Assembly: GCA_977018835.1 (NCBI GenBank)
Contig: OZ361257.1
Location: 1,488,001-1,552,000, forward strand
Reading direction: 5' to 3'
DNA from: Minutocellus sp. GHC0000111
Lineage: Eukaryota
DNA: 64,000 nt
In this document: one piece after another, positions 59,821-64,000 of the stretch
Layout of the letters: each line of letters begins with the position of its first letter
Numbering within the stretch: position 1 is the first letter of the stretch
Made by a program: the position numbers and the translations under genes
The notes under the pieces: generated by a model
What the model was told of the DNA's origin: nothing
Database searches by the model: none
Seen by the model: only the letters and a program-made list of their open reading frames with translations

Positions 59821-60212
59821 TACCGTATTTTGCTTTCTCGGCTCCTCTCGCTGCTTTCACGTCAGTTCCAAATAATTTTTGGCCGTTCAATACACCAGGA
59901 CGTGAGGTGACTGAAACGACGATCGGAAAACTGGCAAGAGACCAGCGGGCAGCACTTTACACTGTAGCAGGTTCCTTAGACTATGAGTGAAAACTCTCCC
60001 GGCGCTGCTTTCTTTATTGGTTGCAGCGAATCGATACGCAGGCAAACGACCACGCAGGAAGCAGCCAGGAATGACGGCCATCGTGGCGGAGGAGTCCCGT
60101 CATTTTCGCGGGAATCAGGCTACCATGGTGCCCTGGCCGCCGCCCGTCGAGCTCTCGCGCTCTCGCTCTGTGCCCCTCCCATCGTCTCATTTTTTACCGT
60201 TATGCCACCACC

Positions 60213-61761
60213 ATGGCATCCTGCTTCCAGCATCTCGCCCGTCGCACGGCGGCACCCGCCGCGGCCTGCCTCCTGTCGGCGTCCGTCTCTCTCACCAATT
60301 ACGGCAACACATCGAACTGCGAGGCTCCTCCACCAAAGGCGCAAGATGCCGAGGCGCCAACCGGTTCACCGACACCCGTGACACCCACCACCGCCGCCGC
60401 TACCGCACGTGTCTCCAAGGGTGTGTCCGTCCAGCACTTTCAGGCGTACCACTCCCGCTCACCGCCATTCCCCAACAGTGGTCAGGTGGGCATCGACACC
60501 GAATCGACCGACAACACCGAGCTGTACCATGGTCTGTTTCCGACCCGGCAGCTGTTCCACCCATCGACCGAATATCCACTGTGGAACTACAACTGGGACG
60601 GCAAACGGCCGGCACCCTCCGGCGATGCCGCGGCCGACAAGAAGCGCGATCGGCACATCCGCAAGACGGGCGTTACCAGACATGTGATTTTGGTTCGGCA
60701 TGGTAAGCCTTTGATTTATTTGTTGTTGCGAAGAAATAATTCGTGGAGAGAAGAAGCCCACCACAACGCCACTCCCAATCTAATTTGCTGTGCCATACCT
60801 CAGTCAATGGTTGCGCACAGTACACTCATGGGAGGAGAATATGCAACGTCACGACCCAACAACTTGACAAGACCTACTTTCAGTGGATTGTCGAGCATAG
60901 TACCCGGAGACACATCTTCAACATGCTTACATATGCCATGTTGTTATCTGTATTTTTATAATGATACCCTTTCAATTTACTTACACCATCTCCTCACCGA
61001 CCCCTTAATTCTACTGCCCCATAAAACAAACAAAGGCCAATACGACGAAACGCACAAAGAAGATGAGATGCGCATCCTCACTCCCCTGGGACGGGAGCAG
61101 GCCGATCTCACCGGCCGTCGGTTGGCCGAGATGATTCGGGGGGGTCAACAAGGAATTCGGCCCGTGCAACGTCAAGGTCGTGCGTGTGAGCGACATGGCC
61201 CGGGCCAAGGAGACTGCCGACATCATCTGCGCCCATCTGCCCGATACCGTTGAACGGACCGACCCCGACCCGGACCTCAACGAGGGACGGCCCTCTCACC
61301 ACATCCCCGGGGTCAGGGCGAGCGAATCGACCATTGCCAAGACGGACGAGGGACATGCCCGAATCGAGAGGGCCTTCAAGCGGTACTTTCACCGCGCCGA
61401 TCGACCTGCCGAGGAGGAAGAAAAGAAGGAGGAAGCGTCTGCCAAGGAGGAATCTCAACCTCAGGAAGAAAAGGTTGATGCTGACAAATCCAATGCTGAC
61501 GAGAAGGACGAAGAGCTCAAGCCTCATCCCAAGCATGAGTTCGAGATCATCGTATGTCATGGCAATGTCATCCGGTACTTTACGTGCCGCGCCCTGCAGA
61601 TCCCACCCGAAGCCTGGCTGCGCCTTTGCACCTTCAACTGCTCTCTGACGTATCTGACAATTCGACCGACTGGATCGGTGAGCTGCCGGATGCTTGGAGA
61701 CATCGGCCATCTTGGCCTCGCCAACAGTACCTTCTCGGGCCACCATGGTTTCAACTGGTAG
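60213..61761 (+). CDS. PGAM5: PGAM5-type histidine phosphatase; intron 60703-61035; frameshift 61138-61144
   Basis: WNYNWD, TRHVILVRHG|QY, LTPLGREQA, SDMARAKETA, IVCHGNVIRYFTCRALQIPPEAWLR, GDIGHL. Confidence 0.93.
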
Positions 61762-61918
61762 ATCTACTTTATTCGTAGCGGCCAACAGATGAGGTGAACG
61801 CTTCACCGACCTGAAGGGACCACTAAATTTTATTCTAAAGGGAGTACATTTCAACAATCGGCAAACGTTGTACTAGAGCTTTTCCTTCTTTCTCATACGA
61901 TCGTATCCGACCATTAGA

Positions 61919-63091
61919 CTAAAGACTCTGCAACATGTCTTCCCATGCCGACCACAGCTTGTGTTTGACTCGCTCCTTGCACGTCTTGCTCTCGGCCATT
62001 CCAACAGAATCACAAAAGGCGTTGGTCTGAGCATCGAGATTCGTCCCCTCGATCAGAGGGACCACGTGCCTCTCATCTGCCACGGTTACATCGACCGCAA
62101 TGTGTGCAGCCTCGAGCAGCTCACCGGCGGTGAAGAATGTTGAAGTTGTGGACTTGCTACTTTCCAATACCTCGCCAGTTTCGGGATGAGACAGAGCAGC
62201 CTCCAGAGTATGCTTGCCATTGGGAAGGTTCAAGACGAGCGGGGCGGCATAGTTTTCATCACCAAAGATGGTAAAGCAACTAAAGGCGGGTGCCTGGTCG
62301 ATGTTGACGCATACAAAGGCATTGGCAAAGTAATGCTGGAAGCTGTCCACGTCGTTGGGTTCGAGGTCAAAGTGGAGAAATACCGAGTGACCAGGGTAGG
62401 TGACGAGATTATTTGGAGAGCTCACGCCAACACGTGGATAGTCTACCTGAACCTGCGCCGGGGCTTCCAAAGATTGGTCGGCGGCATCATTACTGACCTC
62501 TTCATCCGTGGAATTATCCGCTAGCTTGGCATCGTGCACCGTCTTAAATTTACTGATGGTCTTCGTAGAATGGTCAAGCTTGCCAGCCCGGTAGAGCATC
62601 GCTTCGAGCGTATACTCATTCTCCTCGACTTCAGTATAGAAGATCTTGCCAGCCAAAGCAGGCCAACAGTAGAAAGGACCAGCATTGAGGGAAGCACACA
62701 CCTTGGATTCCGTTGTATTGAAGTGAGATAGAAATGAATCCCTATCGGGGGCCAGGATGTCGATCTTCACGGCGAACGTCGATCCGAGAATAATGGAACC
62801 TTGAGGAGGTTCGGTAATATTGAGCATCACTTTTGGGTGAGATGCTTTTGACTCGGTCTTCAAGGTCTCCGTCGTGCCATCGTGTTTCGTTGGCACTGGC
62901 TTCTGCTTGGGTGCTGCCTGCATTGTCCGGGGATTTGCCTGCTGTCCCGCACGCCCAGTCTTTGGCTTCTTCGGCGGAGAGAGACGAATGGCAGAAATGA
63001 CATCTACGGGCTCTGTCACAATACCGAGGCAGAGGTTGGAGCAGACGGCCACGAGAAGAGTAGAAAGAAGGAGTCTGACGACAAGCATCAT
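61919..63091 (-). CDS. Hypothetical secreted protein with two internally repeated beta-rich domains
   Basis: Signal peptide; repeats (I/V)xxP...F..(H/Y)F....VC(A/V)x(L/I)...CW/CF...(Y/H)TLEAxL. Confidence 0.7.
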   Translation of the reverse strand: MMLVVRLLLSTLLVAVCSNLCLGIVTEPVDVISAIRLSPPKKPKTGRAGQQANPRTMQAAPKQKPVPTKHDGTTETLKTESKASHPKVMLNITEPPQGSIILGSTFAVKIDILAPDRDSFLSHFNTTESKVCASLNAGPFYCWPALAGKIFYTEVEENEYTLEAMLYRAGKLDHSTKTISKFKTVHDAKLADNSTDEEVSNDAADQSLEAPAQVQVDYPRVGVSSPNNLVTYPGHSVFLHFDLEPNDVDSFQHYFANAFVCVNIDQAPAFSCFTIFGDENYAAPLVLNLPNGKHTLEAALSHPETGEVLESSKSTTSTFFTAGELLEAAHIAVDVTVADERHVVPLIEGTNLDAQTNAFCDSVGMAESKTCKERVKHKLWSAWEDMLQSL

Positions 63092-63481
63092 TATCTTCTT
63101 CGTATCTCTAGCTAGCTAGGAGAGAATGTCGAACAAACGACCCGAGACTGGGAGAATCCTCCCTGAAGCCTGAAGTCTCACCTAGCCACGTATCAGTGTA
63201 TTATGAAGAATTTTTTCTTTTGAAAAATTAATTCAATTCAACGCAAGCACCTTTTCAAAGTCTTAAAATGAATAGTTAATACTTGCTTACTATGCATGTA
63301 CAATACATTCTAATAGGCTGTAATCTTCCTCTTCTTGTTGCTTTATTAATGCACAATTGTATAAGTTCCCTCCCATCCACCTCGCCCGTAGCCGTCCGAC
63401 ATCGCGACGGTATCATCTTCAAGCCACCACTCGCCGCCCCGCCGCATACCGCACCCTCTCCAAATACTAACTCCCCGATCA

Positions 63482-64000
63482 TTACCGCCAGGCACCGGCC
63501 GAATCCTTGCCGCCGCTGCCACTCCGGGCCTTGCCACCTCGCATCTCGTCCCGATCGCCCCACGAACCGGACCGGCGCACGTCCCTCCTGGGGTTGCCGG
63601 TGCCGCCGGTGTCGCGGCTGCTGCCGCCGCGGTCGCCGTCGCTGCCGCTCTCCCTCGAGCGACTGCCGCGCCAAACCTGCGTATTCCGGAACGAGCTCTT
63701 GTCGGCCAAACTGGCCTGGTGGGGCTTGTACTCCATGTGCACATGTCCGGGCAACCTCAGGACCTTCTTGATGGCATCCCGAAGCCGATCGGTGGTGTCC
63801 CTGTCGGAGCTGGTCTTGTTCCAGATGGAGATGATGTCCTCGGAGTAGCGGATGGAGATGACGGCGCCGCAGACCTCCCCGTCGGGGGCGGGGAACTGCT
63901 GGCCGAGGATGGCCAGGACGATCTCCTCCCAGTACCGGGAGGCCAGGCCCTTCCGCAGCCTCACAATCCACTTGCCACCCTTGGCGTTGGAGGGGTCCTC
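63482..64000 (-). CDS. eIF4E class II (4EHP-like), 5' part outside window
   Basis: EDPSNAKGGKWIVRLRKGLASRYWEEIVLAILG, VCGAVISIR, IISIWNK, MEYKPH. Confidence 0.92.
   Translation of the reverse strand, partial: EDPSNAKGGKWIVRLRKGLASRYWEEIVLAILGQQFPAPDGEVCGAVISIRYSEDIISIWNKTSSDRDTTDRLRDAIKKVLRLPGHVHMEYKPHQASLADKSSFRNTQVWRGSRSRESGSDGDRGGSSRDTGGTGNPRRDVRRSGSWGDRDEMRGGKARSGSGGKDSAGAWR

Noticed and set aside
32841..61144. Programmed ribosomal frameshifting at the kinesin, PIG-U, RPC1 and PGAM5 breaks
   Set aside because: All are one-base homopolymer length changes in families not known to need frameshifting; error or mutation is simpler.

Overview
Gene-dense eukaryotic nuclear DNA with short GT-AG introns, most likely a diatom. 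That assignment is an inference from bipartite plastid presequences (signal peptide + S-F motif) and an RXL/KXXK secreted protein. About 30 protein-coding loci are present, including FAM32A, PPOX-like, JMJD6, CIA30-like, RPN1, ALG9, a vWA/alpha-kinase, dynein intermediate chain, LENG8/THP3, SEC62, IFT38, an SDR, kinesin-14, MsrA, leishmanolysin, a GRF-PARP, MED8, PIG-U, Derlin, a ChaC-RCC1 fusion, RPC1, Arc1/AIMP1, PGAM5 and eIF4E-2, plus tRNA-Thr(CGT). Features the ORF track misses: (1) a selenoprotein MsrA with an in-frame UGA and a candidate CC-type SECIS; (2) a spliced, apparently non-coding locus after ALG9 with at least one intronic box C/D snoRNA; (3) a 1.5-kb non-autonomous TIR transposon with GAG...CTC ends and a TAGA target-site duplication; (4) a silaffin/cingulin-like RXL-KXXK secreted protein; (5) many disabling lesions in conserved genes (frameshifts, a nonsense codon, a 7-aa deletion in RPC1, a DLAGSE>DLACSE change, a junction joining two truncated convergent genes). 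These lesions point either to a decaying haplotype/duplicate or to an error-rich consensus. All family assignments are by motif recognition; no searches were run.
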